In this document: positions 47,102 through 57,141 of the stretch, in pieces | Layout: every line of letters starts with the position of its first letter | Position numbering within the stretch: the stretch's first letter is position 1 | Assembly: GCA_016842045.1 (NCBI GenBank) | Contig: JAEVEY010000140.1 | Span: 23,242 to 87,241, forward strand | Source: Candidatus Thermoflexus sinensis | GTDB taxonomy: Bacteria; Chloroflexota; Anaerolineae; Thermoflexales; Thermoflexaceae | DNA length: 64,000 nt | Direction of reading: 5' to 3' | Translations under genes and position numbers: made by a program | Notes under the pieces: model-generated | Seen by the model: only the letters and a program-made list of their open reading frames with translations | Told to the model about the DNA's origin: nothing | The model's database searches: none

Positions 47102-48412
47102 TTGAGCCAGCAGGATTTGCCACTACCCTCCGAACATTACGCCCGGCTTCGGACCTGGTTGATCCAGCAACTTCGGAAGGGTCCGGAGCCCCCGCCGATA
47201 GGGGTGACGCCGGAGAACTGGCGCTGGGTCCATGAGCGGGTGAGCCAGTTACTGGCCTCCGCGCGGGTTTCCCTGCCTCCAGAGGCGCTGGAGCGGCTGG
47301 TGGACGAGGTCGGGGACGAGGTTGTAGGCTATGGTCCTATCGGGCCGCTGATGCGTGACCCCTCGATCACCGAGATCATGGTGAATGGCCCTGATCAGAT
47401 TTACGTGGAGCGGGCTGGGAAGATCATCGAAGTCGATGTGCGATTCCGGGATGAGCATCATGTGATGGAGGTCATTGAGCGGATTCTCAAGCCTCTGGGG
47501 CGTAGGGTGGACCGTGTCTGGCCGATGGCTGATGCCCGCCTTCCGGACGGCTCGCGGGTGAATGTGATCATCCCGCCCTGTGTCCTGAACGGGCCCACCA
47601 TCACGATTCGGAAATTCCCGGCGCGGCGGCTGACCGTGGAGGACCTCATCCGCTTTGGGACCATGACGCCGGAGATGGCAGAGTTCCTGCGAGCATGTGT
47701 GATCGCTCGATTAAACATCGTCGTCTCCGGCGGGACCGGTTCGGGGAAGACGACCTTGCTGAACGTGCTTTCCGCGTTCATCCCGGAGGAGGAACGCATC
47801 ATCACCATTGAGGATGCGGCAGAGCTTCAGTTGCAGCAGCGCCATGTGGTGCGGCTGGAGGCGGCGCCTGCCCTGCCGGATGGAACGGGGAGGGTTACCA
47901 TTCGGGATCTGGTGATCAACGCCCTGCGCATGCGACCTGATCGGATCATCGTGGGGGAATGCCGGGGGCCGGAGGCCCTGGATATGCTCCAGGCCATGAA
48001 CACCGGCCATGAGGGCTCAATGACCACCATCCACGCGAACAGCCCTCGTGACGCTCTTTCCCGTCTGGAAACGATGGTGTTGATGGCTGGCATGGAACTT
48101 CCCCTGCGGGTGGTTCGCACGCAGATCGCCTCGGCGATCGATCTCATTGTGCAGCAGGAACGGCTGCGGGATGGCTCGCGGAAGATCACCCGCATCACGG
48201 AAATCCAGGGGATGGAAGGGGACACGGTGGTGTTGCAGGATCTCTTTGTCTTCCAGGCGAAAGCGATCGGGGAGGAACAGGGGAAGGTGGAGGGGGTCCA
48301 TCGGCCAACTGGGATCCGACCGCATTTCATGTCCCGCCTGGAGGCCGTCGGCATCCGGCTCTCCCCGCAGATCTTCGGGGTGGGAACGTTTCCCGTGGGT
48401 CGGACGCGGTGA
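47102..48412 (+). CDS. cpaF: CpaF/TadA-family secretion ATPase
   Basis: EIMVNG, DARLPDGSRVN, SGGTGSGKTT, TIEDAAEL, LRMRPDRIIVGECRG, AMNTGHEGS..TIHANS. Confidence 0.92.
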   Translation: MSQQDLPLPSEHYARLRTWLIQQLRKGPEPPPIGVTPENWRWVHERVSQLLASARVSLPPEALERLVDEVGDEVVGYGPIGPLMRDPSITEIMVNGPDQIYVERAGKIIEVDVRFRDEHHVMEVIERILKPLGRRVDRVWPMADARLPDGSRVNVIIPPCVLNGPTITIRKFPARRLTVEDLIRFGTMTPEMAEFLRACVIARLNIVVSGGTGSGKTTLLNVLSAFIPEEERIITIEDAAELQLQQRHVVRLEAAPALPDGTGRVTIRDLVINALRMRPDRIIVGECRGPEALDMLQAMNTGHEGSMTTIHANSPRDALSRLETMVLMAGMELPLRVVRTQIASAIDLIVQQERLRDGSRKITRITEIQGMEGDTVVLQDLFVFQAKAIGEEQGKVEGVHRPTGIRPHFMSRLEAVGIRLSPQIFGVGTFPVGRTR

Positions 48413-48601
48413 TGGTGGGCTCTGCCGGCTTTGCGCGCGGAGGGCAGGATCCCTCCTTAAGAGGCAGGGAGCCGGCGCAATCGGCGTGACGCCGGACGCC
48501 GTTGCGTTTCTCTCTGGGGTTTTTCGGCTGGGCCGGGCGCCGAAGGGGCCCCGCCCAGCCCGAGGAATAAAGCAGAAGCGGTCTCCACGCTCTTCTTGAA
48601 C

Positions 48602-48841
48602 CTACTTCAGGCGAGCTGCCAGCGCCTGACGGATCTCCTCCACCTCCGCATGGCGCCCCAGCTGTTTTTTGGAGAACACCAGTTCGCCGTTCACTCGAAC
48701 CTCGAAGACGCCCCCGCTGGAAGGGATGAGCGTCCAGGAGGCGACCTGCCCTTCGAACTCTTTCAGCAACTCTTCGGTCAACCTGACCGCTCGAGGGAGA
48801 TACCCTCAGACCGCACAATACTCGATCTCCACGCGCAGCAT
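48602..48841 (-). CDS. SelW/SelT/SelH (Rdx)-family selenoprotein, 79 aa, selenocysteine at codon 12
   Basis: Manual translation MLRVEIEYCAV-U-GYLPRAVRLTEELL...LIPSSGGVFEVRVNGELVFSKKQLGRHAE. TGA at 48808-48806 is in the CxxU position. GGAGG RBS and SECIS-like hairpin present. Absent from the ORF track. Confidence 0.92.
48775..48789 (-). promoter_or_regulatory. Candidate bacterial SECIS apical hairpin
   Basis: CGGTC-AGGTT-GACCG starts 16 nt after the in-frame TGA and can be extended by CTC/GAG pairing. Confidence 0.7.
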
Positions 48842-49033
48842 AGAGACCTCCGTGGTTTGAAGATTAAGAGCTTGCTTTCCTCTATTTCAGGGTTGAGGCA
48901 GTCTCCCATGGAGAGGGATAACCAGCTGGACAGGCTTCGCCGCTCCTCCTCCCCACGGCCTGAAGGGCCGTAGGGGGAGGAGAGAAATCGTTTTTGGGGG
49001 TTCGGCGGGGCCTTCGGCCCATGCTAAACCCTA

Positions 49034-49124
49034 TAGGAGTTACGCAGTTCGGGGCTCGCGAGAAGAGGTTGAATGGCCCCACCCCCCTTTATCCCCCAGG
49101 AGAAAACCAACTGCGTAACTCCTA
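49034..49124. mobile_element. Internally deleted TAGG MITE subtype B (91 bp, reverse orientation)
   Basis: Both TIRs intact, hairpin core lost at an ATCCCCC junction. Flanks CCCTA / CCTTA. Confidence 0.82.
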
Positions 49125-49142
49125 CCTTAAAATGGACAGGCG

Positions 49143-49556
49143 CTAAGGCACATCGTTATAGGTCCAGAGGCGATTCGCCAGGAAATTCCAGAAGAGCGCA
49201 ACCCCCACAGCGATCACCTGAGCGATGTTCACACCCCACCTCATCCCCAGACGAGGGATCAGGAGCCCCGAGACCGCCCCGAACACAGCCAGGTTGATCC
49301 CCAGACCGGCAGTGTTCACCATAAAGAACTGGGAGATCTGCTGCCAGATAGGCTTCGAGCGGGACTCTGGATAGGTCCAGTAGCGGTTCCACAGAAAATT
49401 GTTCACCACCGCAGCCGTGAACGAAACCCCCTTCGCCAGGATGGGGATCCATCCGCCCAGGAAAATCAGTCCGTTCAGAATCCCCGTGTCCACCACAAAG
49501 CCCACCGTTCCCACGACGCAGAATTTCAGGAAGCGCACGATCTCCTTGCGATACAT
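49143..49556 (-). CDS. GtrA-family membrane protein
   Basis: RFLKFCVVGTVGFVVD, NNFLWNRYWTY, WNFLANRLWTY. Confidence 0.9.
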   Translation of the reverse strand: MYRKEIVRFLKFCVVGTVGFVVDTGILNGLIFLGGWIPILAKGVSFTAAVVNNFLWNRYWTYPESRSKPIWQQISQFFMVNTAGLGINLAVFGAVSGLLIPRLGMRWGVNIAQVIAVGVALFWNFLANRLWTYNDVP

Positions 49557-49627
49557 TCGATAAAGATCTCCCGACGCAGGTCGAAGGAAAAGCCTTCTTT
49601 CCACAGGACGGCCTCCACGTTGATGGG

Positions 49628-49643
49628 TAGGACTTACGCAGTT
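49628..49643. repeat. Solo TAGG MITE terminal repeat
   Basis: TAGGACTTACGCAGTT with no adjacent element body. Confidence 0.65.
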
Positions 49644-49663
49644 GGGCTTCTAACAAAGGGAAG

Positions 49664-51142
49664 TTAAGGAGCCTCTCGTGCTGGCTCCCGAACCAGGAGC
49701 TCCACCCATGCCCCATACAGAGCGATCAGCAGGGGCAGGTTTGCCACGTAAAGATTATCGAAGAACTGATGGACATGCAAATGCATCCACGCCGCCATCA
49801 CCCCCGCGGCCAGTCCCCTCCGCCATCCTGTATTTCGTCGCCATGCTCGCCAGGTCTGGGCCCCGATGACGACCCAGAGCAGCAGGTAAAGCAGCAGGCC
49901 AATCAGCCCGGTTTCCGCGGCCATGTTCAGATAGATATTATGGGCGTGGCCCAGCGGGTGCGGCCAGCGGATCAGGGCATAGGCCGGATAGGCGGCGGCG
50001 TAGTTCCCGAATCCAACTCCCCGCCATGGATGAGCCCGGATCATTTCCACCGCGGCCTGCCAGTGGGCCAGCCGCTCGATGATCGCGAAGTTCGCCTCGT
50101 TCACCTCCACCCCGCGTACATCCGTGATCTGGAGCTCCTCCATCGCCCCCGCCAGGCGATCCCGGATGGGGGCCGGGATCCATCCGGCAGCCCACAGGAA
50201 GGCCCCGGTCAGGACCAGAGCCGCCAGCGCGGCGAACCCCCATCGGCTTCGAGCGGGCAACATCCCGATCAGCGTTCCCATCGCGATGGCCGCTCCCAGC
50301 CACGCGCCCCGGGACCAGGAAACGATCAGGGCCAGGAGCGCCAGGCCTCCAACACTGAGCGCCCCCAGCCCCAGCCCGATCTCCCGGGCGGACCGCTGGG
50401 GATGGCCCAGCAATCCGAAGGCGAGGCCCAGCGCGACCGGCGCGATCAGGCCCATCATCCCGGCGAAGGGGTTGGGTTGTTGAAACGTCCCATAGGCTCG
50501 ATAAAAAGGGAGGCCAGGAAGCAGGAAATGCTCCGGCCCGGTCCCGCGCAGGAATGCCTGCCAGATCCCGACGCCAGCCTGGATAGCGCCGGAGGTCAGG
50601 GCGATCCCAAGGAGAACCCGCTGGATACGAGGGGAGGCGGTGAGGACCATAATCGCCACCAGCCCGATCTGCGCCCATTTGATCCATTCCGGGAGCCCAT
50701 CTTCCCATGATGAGGCCCAGGAAAGGGAGATCAGGGCATAGCTCAGGAAGAGCCCATACGCCCAATCCCATCCCCAGCGGGGAAGCCGAAGGTCTCGCTG
50801 AGCCAGCCCGCGCCATCCCCAGGCCAGGAGGGCCAGACCCAGGAAGATCTGAGCGCTGTTGAGGGGCGGACGCCAGAGTTCGTTTTCCAGCGGTGCCAGC
50901 GGCCCGGTGAGCAGCGCCAGCCCCAGGCCGGCCTCCGGAACCCGCAGGAGGAAAGCAAACGCGGCGATGACGGCAGCGAACCCGACAGGGACCTCCGGTT
51001 TCCACACGAGCAGCAGCCCCAGGACGAAGGCCAGGATCCCCCACCATAGCTCCGGATGGAGCGGCCACTTCCTCCATCGGAGGCCCTGGGGGAGTCGCTC
51101 CATCGGATTTGTGAGACCGGGCTTTAGGTGGACAGGCAGCAT
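49664..51142 (-). CDS. O-antigen ligase / Wzy_C-family membrane protein
   Basis: RAYGTFQQPNPFAG, SWSRGAWLG, RLAHWQAA, GVGFGNY, HAHNIYL..AAETG. Start may be 51103. Confidence 0.88.
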   Translation of the reverse strand: MLPVHLKPGLTNPMERLPQGLRWRKWPLHPELWWGILAFVLGLLLVWKPEVPVGFAAVIAAFAFLLRVPEAGLGLALLTGPLAPLENELWRPPLNSAQIFLGLALLAWGWRGLAQRDLRLPRWGWDWAYGLFLSYALISLSWASSWEDGLPEWIKWAQIGLVAIMVLTASPRIQRVLLGIALTSGAIQAGVGIWQAFLRGTGPEHFLLPGLPFYRAYGTFQQPNPFAGMMGLIAPVALGLAFGLLGHPQRSAREIGLGLGALSVGGLALLALIVSWSRGAWLGAAIAMGTLIGMLPARSRWGFAALAALVLTGAFLWAAGWIPAPIRDRLAGAMEELQITDVRGVEVNEANFAIIERLAHWQAAVEMIRAHPWRGVGFGNYAAAYPAYALIRWPHPLGHAHNIYLNMAAETGLIGLLLYLLLWVVIGAQTWRAWRRNTGWRRGLAAGVMAAWMHLHVHQFFDNLYVANLPLLIALYGAWVELLVREPAREAP

Positions 51143-51268
51143 GTTTTTTGTTCGAGCGCTCCGCCTGGACTGAGCAAGGCATTTCTCTCTTCTTCCCCGC
51201 GGTCCGAGGAGCCACCGGGGGAATCAGGCTCTCTCATGCCCTCATCAGGGGTCTTCATGGGGGTTAGG

Positions 51269-51441
51269 CCGGGTTTTTCTGTCATCCTACTATTCGGGTC
51301 CAGCGGATGGCCCTACCCCTGGGATCCCCCCTTCCCTACAGCCCTCTGGGCCGTGGGGAAGGGGATGAATGGGGGGCGAGCCGGGCGCCAAAGGCGCCCG
51401 GCTCGCCCCTATGGGAACGCTCAGATGCTGAGAAGGCCCCG
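51269..51441. mobile_element. Degenerate copy of the CAGGG-ended MITE (family C)
   Basis: CCGGGTTTTTCTGTC...AGCGGATGGCCC, both hairpin modules, ATGGGAACGCTCAGATG. Flanks share GGGGGT. Confidence 0.65.
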
Positions 51442-51539
51442 GGGGGTGGGCTGGAGACCTTCATCCCTCGCTCTACCCCCCAGGAAGGGCAGGAGAAGAA
51501 CGGCGGCCCCACTCCTTCATTTGAGCGGACGAAGCGGAT

Positions 51540-52484
51540 CTACCGTGCTTTCAGCCGCTCCTCAAACCATCGGATCGTTCGCCGCAGGCCCTCTTCCAGG
51601 GGGATCTGTGGACTCCATCCCAGGCGCTGGCGGGCTTTCGTGATATCCGGGCAACGGCGCTGGGGATCCCCTGGGATCCGCCGATCCGGCAGAAAGCGGA
51701 TCCCGGCTGGGTTCCCGGTGAGGCAGTTGATGATCTCCGCAAAGGTGAGGATGCTGACCTCCTCCGGGTTCCCCAGGTTCACCGGCTCATGTTCCTCGAC
51801 CTCGAGGAGCCGCACAATCCCTTCCACCAGATCATCGATGTAACAGAAGCTGCGAGTTTGCGAGCCATCGCCGTAAACGGTGAGGGGCTCCCGGCGCAGG
51901 GCCTGACCGATGAAATTCGGCACCACCCGTCCATCATCCAGCCGCATGCGGGGACCGTACGTGTTAAAAATGCGGACGATGCGGGTATCCACGTCGTGAA
52001 CCCGATGGTAAGCCATCACCATTGCCTCAGCGAACCGCTTGGCCTCATCATAGACACCTCGCGGTCCGATGGGGTTCACATGGCCCCAGTAAGTTTCCGG
52101 CTGGGGATGAACCTGGGGGTCCCCATAGACCTCGCTGGTGGAGGCCAGCATATAACGGGCCCCCTTGACCCGCGCCAGGCCCAGGGTGTTGTGGGTCCCC
52201 AGCGCTCCAACTTTCAGGGTCTGAATGGGGTATTTCAGATAATCCATCGGGCTGGCCGGGGAGGCGAAGTGAAGCACCGCGTCGAGCGGCCCTTCCACAT
52301 AGAGGAAGTGGGTCACGTCATGGCGGATGAAGCGAAAGCGGGGGTGTCCCATAAGATGGGCGATGTTGTCTGGTGTCCCGGTCAGGAAATTATCCACGCC
52401 GATCACTTCGTGGCCGTCTGCGAGGAAGCGATCGCAGAGATGGGAACCGATAAAGCCGGCAGCGCCGGTGATCAGGATGCGCAT
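51540..52484 (-). CDS. UDP-glucuronate decarboxylase (UDP-xylose synthase)-like SDR
   Basis: [51 protein letters not shown]. Confidence 0.9.
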   Translation of the reverse strand: MRILITGAAGFIGSHLCDRFLADGHEVIGVDNFLTGTPDNIAHLMGHPRFRFIRHDVTHFLYVEGPLDAVLHFASPASPMDYLKYPIQTLKVGALGTHNTLGLARVKGARYMLASTSEVYGDPQVHPQPETYWGHVNPIGPRGVYDEAKRFAEAMVMAYHRVHDVDTRIVRIFNTYGPRMRLDDGRVVPNFIGQALRREPLTVYGDGSQTRSFCYIDDLVEGIVRLLEVEEHEPVNLGNPEEVSILTFAEIINCLTGNPAGIRFLPDRRIPGDPQRRCPDITKARQRLGWSPQIPLEEGLRRTIRWFEERLKAR

Positions 52485-52530
52485 CGAGCGTTCCACCTTA
52501 CATGGAGATCGAGGATTGGATTGCGTTGTT

Positions 52531-52565
52531 GCTCTGTTGCAAACGGGGAGCCTTATTTACCCTCC
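52531..52565 (-). repeat. Family D repeat
   Basis: GCTCTGTTGCAAACGGGGAGCCTTATTTACCCTCC. Confidence 0.7.
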
Positions 52566-52597
52566 CCGCGTCGGAGCATCGTGCTATCCTTTTCCTG

Positions 52598-53260
52598 TTA
52601 ACCAAGGGCAAGCCTCCATCGGGCGAAGAGGATGAGGAAGAGGGCTTCCAGCAAGGTGAGCCCGCCGATCCACACCGCGGCGTCAAACCAGAATTTCTCC
52701 GGATACAGCCGGATCAGGGTATCCGTGGGCAGGAAAAGCCATGTGTCTCCTTCGAAGAACAGCCGGTGGAACAGAGTGAACGCGGTATCGAAGCTCAGGA
52801 GGAAGCCCAGCAGGATCCCCAGGACCAGCCCCAGGGTGAGGAGGCCTCCCCGGTTCAGGCTCTGCCAGGCCATCGGGCGGGTTGCGGGGGAAAACCAGAG
52901 ACACGCCCAGGCCCCGATGAGGGCCAGGGCCAGTATCAGGCCCACGCGGAAAGCGATCCCCTGCAAAACATACACATCCTGCATGTGCCGGATCTCCCGC
53001 TCATTGAAAGCCGGCCGGCCATCCGCAAAGCGAACTTCCCGCAGGATGCTTGCTCCGGGCGGCTGGGTCACGGAGCGAAGCCCTGTCAGGGCGAGTTCCA
53101 GCCGTTCCGCCGGGCTCATCCCGTAGAGATCCGGCGGGAAATCAGGCCGCATGTATTCCAGGCGAATAAACCAGTCATTCATCAACAGACGGACGTTCAG
53201 CAGGAGCAACACGACAGGTAGCGAAAGGATGATCACAGCCGAGAGCACGCGGGATAGCAT
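52598..53260 (-). CDS. DUF1461/TIGR01906 membrane protein (Lit lipoprotein intramolecular transacylase family)
   Basis: [43 protein letters not shown]. Confidence 0.8.
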   Translation of the reverse strand: MLSRVLSAVIILSLPVVLLLLNVRLLMNDWFIRLEYMRPDFPPDLYGMSPAERLELALTGLRSVTQPPGASILREVRFADGRPAFNEREIRHMQDVYVLQGIAFRVGLILALALIGAWACLWFSPATRPMAWQSLNRGGLLTLGLVLGILLGFLLSFDTAFTLFHRLFFEGDTWLFLPTDTLIRLYPEKFWFDAAVWIGGLTLLEALFLILFARWRLALG

Positions 53261-53474
53261 GGACACACTCCTTCCCTGGGGTTCCTTAGGATCTCGTTTC
53301 AGGCTCCAGCTGGACATGGAAGATCCGGGGAAGAGAGATCGGAGCGAGGGCGAAGCCGTCCACCTGATCCCTCTGCTCCCACGCCTTCAGGCGACCTTCC
53401 CGGCCCCAAAATTCCCTGGGGAGGGATCCATCGTTTTGCGGAACACGCGAGATTCGCAGCATAAGTTTAGGAAG

Positions 53475-54305
53475 TCAACGTTCTACCCAGGCAATGCCTA
53501 CGGCCCCCGGGCCCACATGGGCGCCGATGGCCGGGCAGGCCTGGAGGATCGGGATTTCCATAGCCCGGCGCTCCTGGAGACGGCGGGCCAGATCCTGGGC
53601 GGCATCCCGCGCATCGGCGTGAAGGATCGCCAGCGCCTCCAGATCCGTTCGCTGCGCAGCGATCTCGCTCAGGCGTTCCACTGCCCGATGCCAGGTCCGA
53701 ACCCGTTCCAGAAGCGTTGCTCGCCCTTCATGGACCTCAATCAGCGGCTTGAGGTGGAGCAGGGCGGCTGCGAAGGCACGGATCCAGTCGATCCGTCCGC
53801 TCCGATGCAGGTAGTTTACATCTTCCACCGTGGCCAGCAATCGCACGCGAGGCCGAAGCGCCTGCAGGTGACGGAGGATCTCCTCTGGAGAGGACCCTTC
53901 CCGAGCCCAGCGAGCCGCATAACGCACCTGCCATCCCAGCCCCATGGAGACTTGCCCCGAGTCAAAGACATATACACGAGGGCGCGTTATGGCCTGCGCC
54001 GCCAGGCGGGCTGCATGACAGACAGCGCTGAAGGCACTCGCCACGTGGATCGATAGGATGACTTCAGCCTCCTCTCCCAGCTGGCGATAGACGACCTCGA
54101 AATCCCCAGGGCTGGGGGCGGCGGTTTGGGGGAGGATCCTGCCGGCCCGCAGACGCCTGTAAAAGACCTCCCGCGAGATCTCGAGATCGTCCCGATAGAC
54201 CTCCTCCCCGAAGCGCACATACACCGGCACCACGGTGATCCCTTCTTCCGCGATCCACCCCGGGGGGAGGTCGGCTGTGCTATCCGTGACAATCCGAACG
54301 CGCAT
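53475..54305 (-). CDS. DegV-family fatty-acid-binding protein (FakB)
   Basis: IVTDSTADL, TAAPSPG, FDSGQVS, YLHRSGRI, LHLKPLI, AHVGPGAVG. Confidence 0.92.
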   Translation of the reverse strand: MRVRIVTDSTADLPPGWIAEEGITVVPVYVRFGEEVYRDDLEISREVFYRRLRAGRILPQTAAPSPGDFEVVYRQLGEEAEVILSIHVASAFSAVCHAARLAAQAITRPRVYVFDSGQVSMGLGWQVRYAARWAREGSSPEEILRHLQALRPRVRLLATVEDVNYLHRSGRIDWIRAFAAALLHLKPLIEVHEGRATLLERVRTWHRAVERLSEIAAQRTDLEALAILHADARDAAQDLARRLQERRAMEIPILQACPAIGAHVGPGAVGIAWVER

Positions 54306-54330
54306 TGAACTCGTCTCGAAGCAGGTTGGG

Positions 54331-55167
54331 CTACTCTTTAATCATAACCCCCAGCCCATCGAAGCCGATCCACGCTGCCATGGAGGGGCCGTAAGGACGA
54401 ACCACGAGTTCCCGGGCATGCATCGCTTCCTGCAAGCGTTGAGCGAAGGCCTGAGCCTCCTGAGGAGACCGCGCGGGCCCGTAAAGAACCCCCACCCGTT
54501 CTGCCCTGGCGAACTCGGCCGCGAACTCGATCAGCTTTTCAAGGGCCTTCTCTGTGGAGCGGGCTTTTTCCAGGGGGAGCAGGGCTCCTTCCTCCATCAT
54601 CAGGAATGGCCGGATCCCCAGCATCGTTCCCAGGATCCGCTGGGTTTTGCTCAACAACCCGTTCCGCTCCAGGGCTTCCAGGCTCTCCGTGACGAAAACA
54701 GTGTAGAGGCGTGAGAGCATGCCTCGTAGAAGCCGAACGATCTCATGGACAGGCTGGCCCTGAGCGGCCAGGCGGAGGGCCGCCTCAGCGATCCAGCCCT
54801 GGGCGATCCCCATGGTCTGGGTATCGATCACATGAACCGGGCACCGTCCCAGCACGGCGGAGGCAGCGGCCCGGGCCCGGGCGACCAGTGGGGAGAGCCG
54901 GCCGGAGTGCAAAACGGCCACAATGGCGGAAGTGCTGGGGGCCAGCTGGGTGTAAAGCGCCTGAAGCTCTTCCTCCGTCGGCGGCTCCAGCGTGAAGGCC
55001 TTCGTTCGATCTGCAGGCGGCCAGAGTTCAGGAGGGATCCCATCCACCCCTTCCCGAAAGGTTTGATGATCCACCCGGATAGTCAGCGGGATCCAGACCA
55101 GCAGGTCGTCCGGCAGATCGGTTGTGCTCAGCAGCGCGGCGCTATCCACCAGCACCCGGATGGGCAT
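54331..55167 (-). CDS. DegV-family protein, divergent paralog
   Basis: VLVDSAA, HSGRLS, IDTQT, LERNG, LGIRPFL. Confidence 0.85.
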   Translation of the reverse strand: MPIRVLVDSAALLSTTDLPDDLLVWIPLTIRVDHQTFREGVDGIPPELWPPADRTKAFTLEPPTEEELQALYTQLAPSTSAIVAVLHSGRLSPLVARARAAASAVLGRCPVHVIDTQTMGIAQGWIAEAALRLAAQGQPVHEIVRLLRGMLSRLYTVFVTESLEALERNGLLSKTQRILGTMLGIRPFLMMEEGALLPLEKARSTEKALEKLIEFAAEFARAERVGVLYGPARSPQEAQAFAQRLQEAMHARELVVRPYGPSMAAWIGFDGLGVMIKE

Positions 55168-55336
55168 AGATGAACTTTCCTCCGCTTCCCATGATTTTGG
55201 ATGTGGGCCCGGATGCCTCTGGTGCCTGGGCCCACACCGGAGATCAATGTTTTCCCCTTCCCACGGCCCTTAAGGCCGTGGGAAGGGGAAAAAGAGGGAT
55301 AGGGCTCCTAAGGGATCAGGATGTTTGAATCCGCTC

Positions 55337-57070
55337 TTATTCTGCGCTCAGGATGTAAGGATAGTGAGGCTGCCCCGCTTCCACCACCTCGATCTGTTGC
55401 TGGAGGTAGCGGGAACGGAGCAGCTCGATCAGGCGGGCGGTTTGCGAAGGGTCCGCCTCCGCCCCCACATAAAGGGTGAGCAATTCGGCAGAATCCGCAT
55501 CCATCGCCTCAAGGGTCCTCCGGGCGACCTCCTCCAGGTCGTCCCCTGCGGCCACCAGATGATCCTCCACCAGTCCGATCCATTGTCCCTGGCGGGCGGT
55601 CACGCCCTCCAGTTCCACATCTCGCGTGGCCCGAGTGATCTCGCCGCTGCGCACCAGTCGCAGTGCCTTTTCCATCGCCTGCAGATTGCTTTCCAGATCC
55701 GCCTCGGCCCGGTATGCCACCATAGCCGTCACGCCCTGAGGCAGGGTGCGGGTAGGGAGGATCTCCACGCGCTTATCCGGAACCAGCTCCGCAGCCTGCC
55801 GGGCCGTTAACACCACGTTGGGATTATTCGGCAACACAATGATCTGATCCGCGGGCAATTCTTTCAGGAGCTCGACGAATTGCTGGGCGCTGGGGTTCAT
55901 GGTCTGTCCACCGCGAAGGGTTGCGCTGGCCCCCAGGCTGATGAAGATCCGGGCCCATCCCTCGCTGGGAACCACGGCGATCGTGGCGACCTGGCCGGGT
56001 TGCAACGGGGGAGGAGCGCTCTCCATCGCTCGGGCCCGCTCCTGGATAAATTGCTGATACTGAGCCTGCATATCCTCCACCACCACATCCCGTAAGCTAC
56101 CCCAGCGGATCGCGTAGCTGAGCGGCTGCCCGGGATCATGAACGTGCAGGTGAACCTTCACCGTGCTCGCATCGCCGACAACCAGGACGCTATCCCCCAT
56201 CGCCTCCAGGTCGCGGCGGATCTGGTCCACATCCAGATGGCGGCCCACCAGGATGAACTGGACATCATAGCCGTAGCCCTCCGATCCGGGCTCCAGCGCG
56301 TCGGCCGCCCGGGCGCCTGTAGAGGATGGAGCCGCCATCAGAGCTTCCTCCTCGATGGGTTCCCCTTTCAAGCAGCGAAGCATTCCCTCCAGGATCAGAT
56401 AGAGTCCCTGTCCGCCTGAATCCACCACCCCGGCTGCCTTCAGGATGGGGAGCAGGTCGGGCGTGCGTTGCACCGCCTCCCGGGCCCGACGCACCACCTG
56501 TTCCATAACCTCCATGAGATCCCCGCCACGCCGGACGGCATCGATGGCCGCCTCACTGGCCTCCCGGATCACCGTCAGGATCGTTCCCTCGACCGGCTTC
56601 ATCACGCCGCGGTAAGCGGTGCGGGTAGCCTCCTCAAGGGCGAGGGCCAGGTCTTCCGCTGTGATCGTTGGGCGGCGATCGATCACCTGAGCCATCCCCC
56701 GCCAGATCTGAGAGAGGATCACCCCGGAGTTCCCCCGCGCGCCCATCAACGCCCCCCGGGCCACCCGCTGGAGCAGCACCCCCACCTCCTCATGATCCGA
56801 CGCGCTGGCGATCTCCTGCCAGGCTGCCTCCATGGTCAGCAGCATATTGGTTCCGGTGTCCCCATCCGGGACCGGGAACACGTTCAGGGCGTTCACCAGT
56901 TCATGGTGTCGGCGAAGCCAGAGCAACGCCGCCCGGATCATCGCTTTAAATGTGGGCCCATCAATGGCCTGAGGGGCCGGTCGTGAGGATGAAGACCCTT
57001 CCCGTTGCACGTCATCCTCCTGAGAATCGAGCTCCTGTCTGGATTGCTCTCCCACGGCCCGAAGGGCCAT
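55337..57070 (-). CDS. DAK2-domain fatty acid kinase subunit A (FakA/YloV)
   Basis: NALNVFPVPDGDTGTNM, GARGNSGVILSQ, PVEGTILTV, VDSGG, GQTMNPS, GQPHYPY. Start uncertain. Confidence 0.93.
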   Translation of the reverse strand: MALRAVGEQSRQELDSQEDDVQREGSSSSRPAPQAIDGPTFKAMIRAALLWLRRHHELVNALNVFPVPDGDTGTNMLLTMEAAWQEIASASDHEEVGVLLQRVARGALMGARGNSGVILSQIWRGMAQVIDRRPTITAEDLALALEEATRTAYRGVMKPVEGTILTVIREASEAAIDAVRRGGDLMEVMEQVVRRAREAVQRTPDLLPILKAAGVVDSGGQGLYLILEGMLRCLKGEPIEEEALMAAPSSTGARAADALEPGSEGYGYDVQFILVGRHLDVDQIRRDLEAMGDSVLVVGDASTVKVHLHVHDPGQPLSYAIRWGSLRDVVVEDMQAQYQQFIQERARAMESAPPPLQPGQVATIAVVPSEGWARIFISLGASATLRGGQTMNPSAQQFVELLKELPADQIIVLPNNPNVVLTARQAAELVPDKRVEILPTRTLPQGVTAMVAYRAEADLESNLQAMEKALRLVRSGEITRATRDVELEGVTARQGQWIGLVEDHLVAAGDDLEEVARRTLEAMDADSAELLTLYVGAEADPSQTARLIELLRSRYLQQQIEVVEAGQPHYPYILSAE

Positions 57071-57141
57071 AGGAAAGATAGATCGAAAAGCCCGAGGGGG
57101 AAGATCCAGCCTCTCGTCCCAAAGGCAGAATGATCTTCCCT

